Position numbers and translations under genes: made by a program. The notes under the pieces were generated by a model. It searched no databases. It was not told the origin of the DNA and saw nothing but the letters and a program-made list of their open reading frames with translations. Of a stretch of DNA of 64,000 nucleotides, positions 54,611-64,000 are shown piece by piece; position 1 is the first letter of the stretch, and every line of letters starts with the position of its first letter. The DNA comes from Bacteroidetes bacterium GWB2_32_14 (lineage in GTDB: Bacteria; Bacteroidota; Bacteroidia; Bacteroidales; UBA12077). The stretch covers positions 82,267 to 146,266 of the forward strand of contig MENK01000001.1 of NCBI GenBank assembly GCA_001768235.1, given 5' to 3'.

Positions 54611-55498
54611 ATGAATCTTATCGACGGAAATAAAATTTCAGCAGAAGTTAAGGATGAAATAGCTTTAGAAGTAACACGAATGAAAGAACGTGGTGAAAAA
54701 GTTCCTCATCTGGCGGCTTTAATTGTTGGTCACGATGGTGCAAGCGAAACATACGTAGGTAACAAAGAAAAAGCATGCAAACAGGTTGGCTTCGATTCTA
54801 CCGTTATACGTTTTGAAGAATCTGTTACTGAAAAAGAGATTCTTGAAAAAGTGAATGAGTTCAATAATAATCCCTCAATTGATGGATTTATTATTCAATT
54901 GCCTTTACCAAAGCACATTTCAGAGCAAAAAGTCATTGAAGCTATCGATCCCAGGAAAGATGTTGACGGGTTTCATCCGATAAATTTAGGAAGAATGGTA
55001 ATTGGTTTGCCTGCTTATGTTTCAGCTACACCCGCGGGTATTATTGAATTATTTAAAAGATATAAAATAGAAACATCGGGTAAAAATGTTGTTGTAATTG
55101 GCCGTAGCAATATAGTTGGAAAGCCTATCAGTATTTTATTAAGTCAGAAAGCCAGTCCGGGCGATGCAACAGTAACTTTAACGCATAGCCGCACAAAAAA
55201 CCTGAAAGAAGTGGTGTCCAGGGCTGATATTGTTATTGCTGCTTTGGGTAACCCCGAGTTTTTAACTGCCGATATGGTTAAAGATGGTGCTGTGGTTATT
55301 GATGTTGGTATAACCCGTGTAAAATCAGAAAAAACCAAGTCGGGTTGGAAATTAATTGGAGATGTTAAATTTGACGAGGTTTCACAAAAAGCTTCTTTTA
55401 TAACTCCTGTACCTGGAGGTGTTGGGCTAATGACAATAGTTTCATTACTCCAGAATACTTTGAAAGCAGCTAAAGGTGAAATTTATCCAAAAAAATAA
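54611..55498 (+). CDS. folD: Bifunctional methylenetetrahydrofolate dehydrogenase/methenyl-THF cyclohydrolase
   Basis: 'YVGNKEKAC', 'QLPLP', 'DVDGFHP', 'GRSNIVGKP' and 'PVPGGVG'. Confidence 0.95.
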   Translation: MNLIDGNKISAEVKDEIALEVTRMKERGEKVPHLAALIVGHDGASETYVGNKEKACKQVGFDSTVIRFEESVTEKEILEKVNEFNNNPSIDGFIIQLPLPKHISEQKVIEAIDPRKDVDGFHPINLGRMVIGLPAYVSATPAGIIELFKRYKIETSGKNVVVIGRSNIVGKPISILLSQKASPGDATVTLTHSRTKNLKEVVSRADIVIAALGNPEFLTADMVKDGAVVIDVGITRVKSEKTKSGWKLIGDVKFDEVSQKASFITPVPGGVGLMTIVSLLQNTLKAAKGEIYPKK

Positions 55499-55517
55499 TA
55501 GTGTTTTTATAAAAGTG

Positions 55518-55548
55518 AAAAAGGGACCTTTTACAGTCCCTTTTTCTT
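55518..55548 (+). terminator. Intrinsic terminator after folD
   Basis: AAAAGGGAC cttttaca GTCCCTTTTT. Confidence 0.7.
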
Positions 55549-55861
55549 TGCAGATACATGATGCATTCTTTGAAGCAGAAGAATTGTTTAGGGGTTAAAT
55601 TATCACAGAATTATTTTTGAAAAAGCAAAATAACGTCGTTGGTTTGTATGTCTGAAAACTGCGTTGTTAAATTGTCCGTGATTGTTTAGGATTCACTGAT
55701 TCATAATATTATTACACCATTCCTGCAAATTATCAAAGAACTTTATAAATAAATTTTAGTTTTATTTTTAAGATACATTGAGAAGATGTAAGAAATAAAA
55801 AATAGGTTGCGTTAAGAATTAAAAAATTTGTTAAGAGTAGTAATTTCCCGTGTACTTGTTG

Positions 55862-56476
55862 TTAAAGAACAAGTTCCCCAATGCCCTGCCTTATAATTTC
55901 AAAATCATCATTTGTACAATTAACAACGGTTGAAGCTTCGTTTTTTCCATATCCTCCATCGATAACAAAATCAACCAGTTTTTCATATTTTTCATGTATC
56001 AATTCAGGATCGGTCATATAATCTAAAATCTCATCATCGTGGTGTAATGATGTTGTCATTATTGGATTTCCCAATTTTTCAACTATTTCGACAGCTATTT
56101 TATTATCGGGAATACGAATACCAACGGTTTTCTTTTTTTCTTTATAAAACCTCGGAACATTATTGTTTGCAGTAAGAATAAATGTAAACGGGCCGGGTAA
56201 ATTGTGTTTTAAGATTTTAAAAGTAGCATTATTAATATGAGCAGTAAATTCAGAAACCTGGCTTAAACTCGAACAAATAAGAGAAAAGTTTTCTTTTAAC
56301 GCATTTTTCCCTTTAAGCCGGACAATTTTATCGAATGCTTTCGGGCTGTTAATATCCCAGGCTAATCCATAAACCGTATCGGTAGGATAAACAATTAATC
56401 CATCCTTTTTAAGAGCTTCAATTACTTTTGAAATTTCTCTTGGATTGGGATTCTCGGGATGTATTTGTATAAGCAT
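55862..56476 (-). CDS. tsaC: L-threonylcarbamoyladenylate synthase (TsaC/YrdC family)
   Basis: 'YPTDTVYGLA', 'KGR'-like 'LKGKNALKENFSLI', 'PGPFTFIL' and 'GIRIPD'. ATG at 56476 is preferred. Confidence 0.85.
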   Translation of the reverse strand: MLIQIHPENPNPREISKVIEALKKDGLIVYPTDTVYGLAWDINSPKAFDKIVRLKGKNALKENFSLICSSLSQVSEFTAHINNATFKILKHNLPGPFTFILTANNNVPRFYKEKKKTVGIRIPDNKIAVEIVEKLGNPIMTTSLHHDDEILDYMTDPELIHEKYEKLVDFVIDGGYGKNEASTVVNCTNDDFEIIRQGIGELVL

Positions 56477-56576
56477 ATTATTTTTTAATAAAACAAGATG
56501 CAAATGTAAGAAACAAAAGAGAAGAAGTATTTAAAACAGTCTGAAATTTACAATTTCCGATTTTTTTTAATTAAAA

Positions 56577-56613
56577 AAGTTGTTTCAAAAGGGTAAAACT
56601 CCTGAAACAACTT
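56577..56613 (-). terminator. Intrinsic terminator after the aldolase gene (minus strand)
   Basis: AAGTTGTTTCA / TGAAACAACTT 11-bp stem, with a U-tract on the minus strand. Confidence 0.65.
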
Positions 56614-56634
56614 GCAAATGAAACAACTATTTTT

Positions 56635-57291
56635 TTACCCGTTTACTTTTTTGTAATCAGCTAAGAATTTTTCCAAACCAATGTCAGTAAGTGGGTGATT
56701 TAATAATCCTAATATTGCACTAAGCGGGCAGGTAGCTACATCTGCACCTGCTTCCATACACTGAATAATGTGCATGGTATGACGAATAGATGCTGCCAGA
56801 ACCTGAGTTTCGAAACCATAGAAATTGTACATATCAACAATCTGGGCAATTAATGCAACACCATCAGTTGAAATATCATCTAAACGTCCAATAAATGGAG
56901 ATACATATGTTGCACCTGCTTTTGCCGCCAGTAATGCCTGGCCTGCAGAAAACACCAATGTGCAGTTTGTTCTAATTCCTTTGCCGGTTAAATACTTTAT
57001 TGCTTTAATTCCATCTTTTGTCATAGGAACTTTAACAACAATTTGTGGATGCAATGCAGCAAGTTTCTCACCTTCTTTTATCATTCCTGCATAATCTGTT
57101 GATATTACTTCAGCACTAACATCGCCATCAACTATTTCGCAAATGGCCTTATAATGATTGATAATGTTTTGTTCGCCTTTTATTCCTTCTTTAGCCATTA
57201 ATGATGGATTGGTTGTTACACCATCGAGTACTCCTAAATCCTGGGCTTCCCTGATTTGGTCGAGATTAGCTGTATCAATAAAAAATTTCAT
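56635..57291 (-). CDS. Fructose-6-phosphate aldolase / short transaldolase (TalC/Fsa family)
   Basis: 218 aa. 'MKFFIDTAN', 'GVTTNPSL' and 'VKVPMT' (Schiff-base Lys context). Confidence 0.9.
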   Translation of the reverse strand: MKFFIDTANLDQIREAQDLGVLDGVTTNPSLMAKEGIKGEQNIINHYKAICEIVDGDVSAEVISTDYAGMIKEGEKLAALHPQIVVKVPMTKDGIKAIKYLTGKGIRTNCTLVFSAGQALLAAKAGATYVSPFIGRLDDISTDGVALIAQIVDMYNFYGFETQVLAASIRHTMHIIQCMEAGADVATCPLSAILGLLNHPLTDIGLEKFLADYKKVNG

Positions 57292-57376
57292 AATGTATTT
57301 TGATGTTTAATTAATAATCAGATTCAGATGCGAAAATAATTCAATTTTTCGAGTATAAAAACCAATATGTAAATGT

Positions 57377-57817
57377 TTAAGATATCGGGATATTTTCCTT
57401 TTTAAGATTTTCGTAAATACCATATTTCCTGCAATACCTGTAAAGCCAGCTATATTCAATTTCGATATTTAAATTTTCTTTAATTTTTTTTTGAAGTTGT
57501 TCAATCGTTTTTACACTTTTTGCTGATGCAATTCGCTTAATTTTACTTTTGTATGGAGTAAGTTTCGATTTTCGTCGTTGTGAATATTTATAATGTAATA
57601 ATCCTTCTGTTCCCCGGTTTAAATAAATTTTTGTCCAGTCGGCAATTGAATCTTCATGGATTTTTAAAAGCCGGGTTATATTTTCGTTTTTCTGGCCTTC
57701 GTTTTTTAACAGGATGCAATATGCCCGTTTCAGAATATTCTTATGTTTCTGATTTTCACGAACTATTCTTTTTAATTCGAATTCTTCGCTATCTGAAAGG
57801 TTTATCCTGTAACTCAT
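57377..57817 (-). CDS. Orphan IS630-like transposase N-terminal HTH protein (no DDE domain present)
   Basis: 'KRAYCILLKNEGQKNENITRLLKIHEDSIADWTKIYLNRGTEGL' resembles the IS630/Tc1 orfA double-HTH. No catalytic ORF follows. ATG 57817 is preferred over 57901. Confidence 0.5.
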   Translation of the reverse strand: MSYRINLSDSEEFELKRIVRENQKHKNILKRAYCILLKNEGQKNENITRLLKIHEDSIADWTKIYLNRGTEGLLHYKYSQRRKSKLTPYKSKIKRIASAKSVKTIEQLQKKIKENLNIEIEYSWLYRYCRKYGIYENLKKENIPIS

Positions 57818-57989
57818 TTTTTTAATAGATAGAATGTATAAATACATTTTGAAAAAATACTGTTTAAAAACGAACCTGGCACAAATTCTTATCCCGGGCA
57901 AAGCGAAGAATCAAAAATAACACTAAATAATGATTCTTTATTTTGCTCAGGACGACTTTAAATAATTTTTTTAAACAGTATCTGGAAAA

Positions 57990-58562
57990 CTAAAAAATAA
58001 AGGATCGTATTCCAATCCCAAAATAGATTTCATTACCCGAAAGAGAATTATCACCTAATGTGGTTCTGGAGAAATAAGTAATCCTGGTATTTAAAGCTAC
58101 CGCTTTTGATAACATAAACATAACTCCAAGACTGGTAGATGAGTTTATTCCTTTTGAATCACCTTCATAATCTGTTGATGTATCTTTATAGGAATAAAAA
58201 TCTACAAAAATGGATTCACTTATAAAAGGATATACTTTTTGATCTCTGTGCCCGGCTATACAATACATGAAAGTAGGGCCAACACCTACAGTATTATTGC
58301 TGTATTCGCCAGACTTATAATATGAATATTGAAATTCTGCTCCAATAGCAAATGATGGAGCAACAAAAAATAAAAAATCAGGATTAAAATTAAATGACAT
58401 ATTCCTGTCACCATCTGTGTTTTCGTACAATTCACCACCACTCGAATAAAAGCTAATACCTCCGCCTAAAGATAAACTTCCTCTGTCGGTGGCAAATTCA
58501 GGTTGTGAATAAACACTGTTAATAAGCAATACCATAAGAAACAAAAAAAATAGTTTTTTCAT
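57990..58562 (-). CDS. Small outer-membrane beta-barrel protein
   Basis: Signal peptide, alternating amphipathic strands and a C-terminal aromatic residue ('GIRSFIF'). Confidence 0.7.
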   Translation of the reverse strand: MKKLFFLFLMVLLINSVYSQPEFATDRGSLSLGGGISFYSSGGELYENTDGDRNMSFNFNPDFLFFVAPSFAIGAEFQYSYYKSGEYSNNTVGVGPTFMYCIAGHRDQKVYPFISESIFVDFYSYKDTSTDYEGDSKGINSSTSLGVMFMLSKAVALNTRITYFSRTTLGDNSLSGNEIYFGIGIRSFIF

Positions 58563-58626
58563 GACTTTAATTTTTAGGGTTAACGAGTAAAATTACAAAG
58601 GATAGTTTTAAAAACCAAAAGAGCAT

Positions 58627-58740
58627 AAAAAAGCCGGGCAAGCTACTTACATCGCTCCGCTACAACCGTTTACCCTTGCTTCCTTCCGAACCTGGGGGAG
58701 TTCAACGGGAGCTGGTCGTATAAGACTTACCCGGGGGCAC
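58627..58740 (-). ncRNA. ffs: Small (4.5S-type) signal recognition particle RNA
   Basis: The minus strand reads ...CCCCCAGGUUCGGAAGGAAGCAAGGGUAAACGG..., the conserved domain IV motif with its GGAA tetraloop. The ends pair (CCGGGUAAG / CUUGCCCGG) and a U-tract follows. It forms a GC-rich island in an AT-rich intergenic region. Confidence 0.85.
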
Positions 58741-58836
58741 AAAAATAGCAATAAATTGATTCTTTTCAAATAAATAATTTATAATTTCTAAAAAAACGGA
58801 TATATTTGTTTCTACCTTAACTAAAAATTATATTCT

Positions 58837-59379
58837 ATGAACGAAAAATCTACATTCTGGAAAACAAGTATTACAAACGGGGCAATTTTAGGTATTGCTT
58901 TAATTATTTACTCTGTTCTTTTATTTATTTTCGATTTAAGTATGAACAAGAGCCTTGGTTATATTAATTACGTGATTCTTTTAGCCGGGTTAATCTGGTT
59001 TACAAAATCATATCGTGATAATAACATGGGTGGAATAATTTCTTATGGACAAGCACTGGGTTTTGGAACTATGGTTGTAGTTTTTGCTGCATTAATTTCT
59101 GGTATTTATGGTTATATTTTTATGAAATTTATCGATCCTTCAATAATTGATAAAATAATTGCATTAGGTGAAGAAGAGATGTTAAAAAGAGGAATGTCTG
59201 ATGAACAAATTGAAATGGCTCAATCTATGCAAAAGAATTTTATGAATCCAGGATTTATAAATATTATGGGTTTTGTAGTTACTTCAATCTGGGGATTTGT
59301 ATTAGCTTTAATAACTTCCGCGTTTATTAAAAAAGAGGGCGACCCTTTTAAAACCGCAATGCAAGAAACTGGAGAATAA
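58837..59379 (+). CDS. DUF4199-like membrane protein
   Basis: 180 aa, four TM helices, 'GAILGIALIIYSVLLFI' type N-terminus as seen in Bacteroidota DUF4199 proteins. Confidence 0.6.
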   Translation: MNEKSTFWKTSITNGAILGIALIIYSVLLFIFDLSMNKSLGYINYVILLAGLIWFTKSYRDNNMGGIISYGQALGFGTMVVVFAALISGIYGYIFMKFIDPSIIDKIIALGEEEMLKRGMSDEQIEMAQSMQKNFMNPGFINIMGFVVTSIWGFVLALITSAFIKKEGDPFKTAMQETGE

Positions 59380-59420
59380 TAAATAAGGGAGAATTCTTTC
59401 TCCTGTTTAATTTTAAAAAT

Positions 59421-60374
59421 ATGGATATCTCGGTTGTAATACCTTTATATAACGAAGAAGAATCGCTTCCCGAGTTGGTTGAATGGATTGATCGCGTGAT
59501 GAAAGACAACAACTTTTCATACGAGGTCATTTTGGTTGACGACGGAAGCTCGGATCATTCGTGGAAGATAATAAGCCAACTAGGTGAAAAGAATAAAAAC
59601 ATCAAAGGAATAAAATTTCGCAGGAATTATGGTAAGTCAGCTGCTTTACATACAGGATTTAGCGAAACAAAAGGTAACGTGATTATTACCATGGATGCCG
59701 ATTTACAGGATAGCCCTGATGAAATTCCTGAATTATACCGAATGATTCAATCAGAAGGATACGACCTTGTTTCCGGGTGGAAAAAGAAACGATACGATCC
59801 AATCAGTAAAACCATACCGAGTAAATTATTTAACCGAACAGCCCGTGCATTAACCGGAATAAAACTACATGATTTTAATTGCGGGCTTAAAGCATACAAA
59901 AACGAAGTGGTTAAAAATATTGAAGTGTATGGCGAAATGCACCGTTATATTCCCGTGATAGCTAAAAAGGCCGGTTATAAAAAGATTGGTGAAAAAGTGG
60001 TTCAACATCAGGAGAGAAAATACGGAGTTACCAAATTTGGTATCGATCGTTTTGTTAAAGGATATCTCGATTTATTATCGATCACGTTTATTACCAAATT
60101 TGGGCAAAGGCCTATGCATTTATTTGGTACCCTGGGTACTTTGATGTTTATTGTTGGTTTTTTATCTGCCGCATGGCTGGGAGCAAAAAAGATATATTTT
60201 ATTTCTAAAGGTGTTCCTGCTGATTTGGTTACAAAGAGTCCCTACTTTTTTTTGGCACTTACATCAATGATTATAGGCACTCAATTATTTTTAACTGGTT
60301 TTCTTGGAGAAATGATTTCCAGGAGTTCCAGTAACAGGAATAATTATCTTATTGAGGGGAAAAATAATTTGTAA
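59421..60374 (+). CDS. GT2-family polyprenyl-phosphate glycosyltransferase with two C-terminal TM helices
   Basis: 'SVVIPLYNEEE', 'VDDGSSD' and 'MDADLQD' (DxD), with an ArnC/DPM1-like layout. Confidence 0.85.
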   Translation: MDISVVIPLYNEEESLPELVEWIDRVMKDNNFSYEVILVDDGSSDHSWKIISQLGEKNKNIKGIKFRRNYGKSAALHTGFSETKGNVIITMDADLQDSPDEIPELYRMIQSEGYDLVSGWKKKRYDPISKTIPSKLFNRTARALTGIKLHDFNCGLKAYKNEVVKNIEVYGEMHRYIPVIAKKAGYKKIGEKVVQHQERKYGVTKFGIDRFVKGYLDLLSITFITKFGQRPMHLFGTLGTLMFIVGFLSAAWLGAKKIYFISKGVPADLVTKSPYFFLALTSMIIGTQLFLTGFLGEMISRSSSNRNNYLIEGKNNL

Positions 60375-60377
60375 ATA

Positions 60378-61496
60378 TTATAAGCTTTCCGCAAACTGAA
60401 TTAATGATTTAGCAAGATGATCCCACGATAGCTCGTTTTTTAGGCGGGCTATATTCTTTTTAAATGAAATTTGGTCTTTAATCGCGAAGAACTCGATAAT
60501 TTTTTCAGCAAGTTTTTCTGCATCAGGCTGTTCAACTATCAAGCCGGTATCTTTATCGCTGATAGTTTCACGTAATCCTCCGACATCTGTTGCTATTATT
60601 GGCAAATCAAAATGAAAGGAAATATAGGTTATTCCACTTTGTGTAGCCGATTTGTAGGGCAGGATGCAAACATCGGCAGCAGAGAAAAACAGGGGTACTT
60701 TATCATCGGGAATATAATCGACAAAAAGGCCTATATTTTCTTTATTGGGCAGGCTGTTAATCTGCTCCTGGTACCTGGTAAAACTACCATAAACCTCACC
60801 AGCAATAATTAAATAATACTCAGGGCTGAGTTTTCTAAAGCTGTCGATTAAAATGTCAAGCCCTTTGTAGTCGCGGATAAAACCAAAAAATAACAATACT
60901 TTTTTATTCTCAGGTATCCCCAGTATTTTTTGAGCTTTTAGTTTATCTGTTATCTGGTCAAAATGATTATAAATTGGATGCAAATGCTTTATATATTTAG
61001 ATACTGGTTTTAATAAAAGCAGGTCTTTTTCTACAGATTCACTCATTACAACAAAGCCATCGTTTTGTTTCAGGAAAAAAGATGTAAAAGGTTTATCAAA
61101 GAAATGTTTTTCGTGAGAAATTACATTATCTAAGATTGTAATAACCTTTGTATTCTCAGGCATTTTTTTTGCGACAAGTCCCAGTGATGGGCCAAAGAAC
61201 GACATCCAGTATTTCATTATTAAAATATCAGGATTCCATTGTTTTATTTCGTGCGCTGTTTTAAAGTAAGTTAATGGATTAATCGTGTTTAATACGGGTA
61301 AACTATTAATAATATCTGCTTTATCTCCCTGCTGTACATATTGGGTCTTACCAGGGAACAATAATTTTGGATATTGCGTGGTAAAAGTAAATGCTTTTAC
61401 TTCATGTTCTTTTTCAAGTGCCCTGTATAACGATGCATTAAATTGTGCTATACCACCTCTGAAAGGATAAAATGTGGAGAGATATGCAATTTTCAT
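60378..61496 (-). CDS. GT4-family (GT-B fold) glycosyltransferase
   Basis: C-terminal 'ADVCILPY..ATQSG' and 'GGLRETI' (E-x7-E-like) motifs. Confidence 0.8.
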   Translation of the reverse strand: MKIAYLSTFYPFRGGIAQFNASLYRALEKEHEVKAFTFTTQYPKLLFPGKTQYVQQGDKADIINSLPVLNTINPLTYFKTAHEIKQWNPDILIMKYWMSFFGPSLGLVAKKMPENTKVITILDNVISHEKHFFDKPFTSFFLKQNDGFVVMSESVEKDLLLLKPVSKYIKHLHPIYNHFDQITDKLKAQKILGIPENKKVLLFFGFIRDYKGLDILIDSFRKLSPEYYLIIAGEVYGSFTRYQEQINSLPNKENIGLFVDYIPDDKVPLFFSAADVCILPYKSATQSGITYISFHFDLPIIATDVGGLRETISDKDTGLIVEQPDAEKLAEKIIEFFAIKDQISFKKNIARLKNELSWDHLAKSLIQFAESL

Positions 61497-61511
61497 GAAG
61501 TATATTTTGAT

Positions 61512-62606
61512 TTAAAATTTTTCCTTATACAGGGTTAAGATTTCACGAAGCACTATATCCGTTTTCAGGTCTTTCATACAATGATTTTCTCTTTTACAGG
61601 TATTTCCATAATAACAATCACATCCTGTTGGTGGTTCAACAATTACTCCATTATTGTACAATTCGAATTCGTGCCTGTTAAAAATGTTATTAAATAAAAC
61701 CAGTGGTTTTCTGAGGGCAATGGCAATATGCATCATCATGGTTACCAGTGAAATAATCATATCGCAATTCGATGTTAACGCGATAAACTCTTCTAATGAA
61801 AAATATCCGGGGTAGTATGCACCCGTTTTAGCAGATAATTGTTTGTTTCGTTCATCTTCATCCTGTCCGCCCAGTAAAACAGGGTAAAAATTATTATCAT
61901 TCAGTTTCCCAATTAGTTCTATCCAGTATTCATCAGGCCATAAACGTGTTTGCCAGCGAGTGCCACAGCCCGTATTCATTCCAATAATTATCTTGTTTTC
62001 TGCATTCTTTCGTAAAGACTCCCATTTCCCGGCAAGATTCATATTTAAATTTATCAGGTAAGGTTCTTTATTGAACTTTAAGTGACAAATTTCGAAGATT
62101 TCCTCAGGATAACTTTTCGTGTTTTTCTTTGAGATATTATCAAAAATGCCTGTAATTAATTTATTCTCTGCATTTGGAGTAGCAACATCAATGTGATTAT
62201 CGTGCCATATAAATCCATATTTTTCGGTTGCTTTAACTTCGCTGAGTAATATACAAGCTTCTGTATCTTTATCAAGATTTATGGCAATGTCGTATCTCTT
62301 GTTTTTAATTTTATAAATGGAACGGAACTCAAACCGGTGAATCTCATTAATTAAATCGGGAGGTAAAATTTGCGGGGTATCGGTTACCCATGTAATATGG
62401 CATTCGGGGTACAGTTCGCGATATTTTACAACAAGAGGTGTTGTTCGGATAACATCACCCATTGCGCCTAACTTTATTATTAGAATTTTTTTATCGAAGA
62501 TTTTATATTCATCACAGGTATCGCAGTTTTTATCTCTCAATTTATTAGGCTTACAAGGTATTTCTCCCTTAAAGAATTTACAATCAAATTTGATTTTCTT
62601 AATCAT
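61512..62606 (-). CDS. GT9-family (heptosyltransferase-like) glycosyltransferase with Cys clusters at both termini
   Basis: 'ILIIKLGAMGDVIRTTPL' is a GT9 hallmark. N-terminal C-x8-C-x9-C-x2-C and C-terminal C-x-C-x6-C-x5-C clusters. Confidence 0.75.
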   Translation of the reverse strand: MIKKIKFDCKFFKGEIPCKPNKLRDKNCDTCDEYKIFDKKILIIKLGAMGDVIRTTPLVVKYRELYPECHITWVTDTPQILPPDLINEIHRFEFRSIYKIKNKRYDIAINLDKDTEACILLSEVKATEKYGFIWHDNHIDVATPNAENKLITGIFDNISKKNTKSYPEEIFEICHLKFNKEPYLINLNMNLAGKWESLRKNAENKIIIGMNTGCGTRWQTRLWPDEYWIELIGKLNDNNFYPVLLGGQDEDERNKQLSAKTGAYYPGYFSLEEFIALTSNCDMIISLVTMMMHIAIALRKPLVLFNNIFNRHEFELYNNGVIVEPPTGCDCYYGNTCKRENHCMKDLKTDIVLREILTLYKEKF

Positions 62607-62645
62607 AAAAGGTTTGTTTTGCAGAATACGAATAAAATAACATTT

Positions 62646-63158
62646 TTAATTTGCCACGATAAAAATAGATATAATTTGTATAATATTTATCATTAAGCAT
62701 AATGTTCGGGTAGCTTTTAGCTTTAAAATAACTTTTCTGTCGATTGGAAATGTCATTTCATCCTCTTCGATGTCTTTAATTTTTTGCCACCTAAATGAAA
62801 TGTTCCCATTTTTCATTTCAGTGAAATCGAAAGGCTTTGTTGATATCTTGAAATTTATTGGTTCAATAAACCGGGTTAAGTAATAAATGCTTATAAGTTG
62901 ATGGCCTTCGAAGAAATACGCGGGTTGAAAATAATCTGTAGTGTAAAAATGGTTTATAATTTCAATTTTCTGATTCATCTCTTCCCAGGCTTCACGCTTT
63001 AAACAATCAATAGGGCCTTCTCCATAGTTCATTCCTCCACCCGGGAATTTAGTCATTTTTGTATCAAGCATAAATTCATCACTAAGCAGGACTTCATCAG
63101 TCTGGTTAATAAAAATTCCATAAACACGAATAATAAATTTGTTTGTTTTTGGTTCCAT
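62646..63158 (-). CDS. NUDIX hydrolase
   Basis: Nudix box 'GGGMNYGEGPIDCLKREAWEEMN'. Confidence 0.8.
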   Translation of the reverse strand: MEPKTNKFIIRVYGIFINQTDEVLLSDEFMLDTKMTKFPGGGMNYGEGPIDCLKREAWEEMNQKIEIINHFYTTDYFQPAYFFEGHQLISIYYLTRFIEPINFKISTKPFDFTEMKNGNISFRWQKIKDIEEDEMTFPIDRKVILKLKATRTLCLMINIIQIISIFIVAN

Positions 63159-63159
63159 A

Positions 63160-64000
63160 TCAACAATTATTTCTTATAAATTCGAGTATTTCATTTTTTC
63201 TGTCAGAATGAAACCAGGCAATTTCTTTATCACGGCCAAACCACGAGATTTGTCTTTTGGCATAATGGCGTGAATTTTGTTTTATTAATTCAATGGCTTT
63301 TTCAAGAGTACTTGAACCATCAAAATAGTCAAACAGTTCTTTGTAACCAACCGTATTTAATGAATTCAGGAGCCTGTCTTTATAAAATATGCGGGCTTCA
63401 TCAATCAGTCCATCATCAATCATTTGATCAACCCTCAGGTTGATGCGTTCATATAATTCATTCCTGTTGCGTTGCAATCCTATTTTTACAATTTTAAAAT
63501 CCCGTGTTCTTCGCGGCTTGGTCAAAAATGTTGAATAAGGTTTCCCTGTTTGCAAAGTAACTTCCAATGCTTTTAAAATTCGTTTAGGGTTTCTTATGTC
63601 AGCTTCTTTGTAATAATCGGGATCAAGCATTTTAAGGTGCATGCGCAAACTCTCGATACCTTCTTTATTCAACCTGTTTATTAATTCAGCGCGGAGTTCC
63701 TGATCTATAGTTGGTAAATCATCAATTCCTTTACAAACAGCATCGATATATAAACCAGAACCTCCTGTCATTATAACGGTTTCATTTTTCAGGAATAGTT
63801 TGTCAAGCAACTCCAGCACTTCAACCTCGAACATACTCGCGTTGTAATAATCGTAAATGGATTTGTTGCCAATAAAATGATGTTTTACTTTATTTAATTG
63901 AATGTTGGTTGGAACAGCTGTGCCAATCTTGAGTTCTTTATATATCTGGCGCGAGTCGCACGATATTATTTCAGTATTTAGTTCTTGTGCAATTTCAATA
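63160..64000 (-). CDS. miaA: tRNA dimethylallyltransferase MiaA; N-terminus lies outside the window
   Basis: The reading frame stays open upstream of the ATG at 63834 to the window edge ('SCDSRQIYKELKIGTAVP', 'GGSGLYI', 'YAKRQISWF'). Confidence 0.85.
   Translation of the reverse strand, partial: IEIAQELNTEIISCDSRQIYKELKIGTAVPTNIQLNKVKHHFIGNKSIYDYYNASMFEVEVLELLDKLFLKNETVIMTGGSGLYIDAVCKGIDDLPTIDQELRAELINRLNKEGIESLRMHLKMLDPDYYKEADIRNPKRILKALEVTLQTGKPYSTFLTKPRRTRDFKIVKIGLQRNRNELYERINLRVDQMIDDGLIDEARIFYKDRLLNSLNTVGYKELFDYFDGSSTLEKAIELIKQNSRHYAKRQISWFGRDKEIAWFHSDRKNEILEFIRNNC

Noticed and set aside
57818-57901. N-terminal extension of the IS630-like HTH ORF.
   Set aside because: It runs through the inverted-repeat element and an AT-rich promoter-like region. 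'MSYRINLSD' at 57817 is a more credible start.
1-64000. CRISPR arrays, rRNA or tRNA genes, prophage or conjugative modules, classical restriction-modification or toxin-antitoxin pairs.
   Set aside because: I saw no regularly spaced direct repeats, no tRNA T-loop/acceptor signatures in the GC-rich spots, and no integrase, recombinase, RT or nuclease genes. An eye scan can miss short or degenerate elements.

Overview
This is an AT-rich window with tightly packed genes that looks like a Bacteroidota chromosome. The pointers are a GWxTD protein, DUF4199/DUF3127-type genes, an M64 peptidase, 'GxxExxY' and 'four-helix-bundle' selfish genes, and KGG-leader peptides. All calls come from reading the supplied translations and DNA by eye; no searches were run.

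The flanks (1-12.5 kb and 30-64 kb) are mostly housekeeping:
- rlmD, rlmB, an ABC-F ATPase, argS, ffh, folD, tsaC, fsa/tal, miaA and mnmD
- PPIases, acyl-CoA ligase and a BtuFCD-like ABC importer
- an LPS/glycosyltransferase block
- a 4.5S-type SRP RNA that the ORF track does not show
- a light-response block: photolyase, a CarH/LitR-type B12 photoreceptor regulator and an ECF sigma factor

The interesting part is an accessory island at about 13-30.2 kb. It contains:
- two ECF sigma/anti-sigma pairs
- an exported TPR-CHAT protease-like protein
- two tandem unannotated double-glycine (GG) leader peptides with acidic, proline-rich, Cys-free cores
- a second anti-sigma-like TPR paralog
- a soluble histidine-kinase-like protein with a degenerate ATPase domain
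- two receiver-less LytTR DNA-binding proteins
- a three-domain protein: Cys-less C39-like domain, VKOR, thioredoxin
- four unannotated GG-leader, Cys-rich bacteriocin-like cassettes, each behind a repeated promoter-like element
- a catalytic C39-peptidase ABC exporter and an HlyD partner

I read this as one peptide production, export, oxidative-folding and sensing system with a non-canonical regulatory wiring. That wiring has no receiver domain and uses extracytoplasmic TPR and CHAT components. The peptide genes and domain motifs are visible in the sequence. The functional coupling between the parts is inference.
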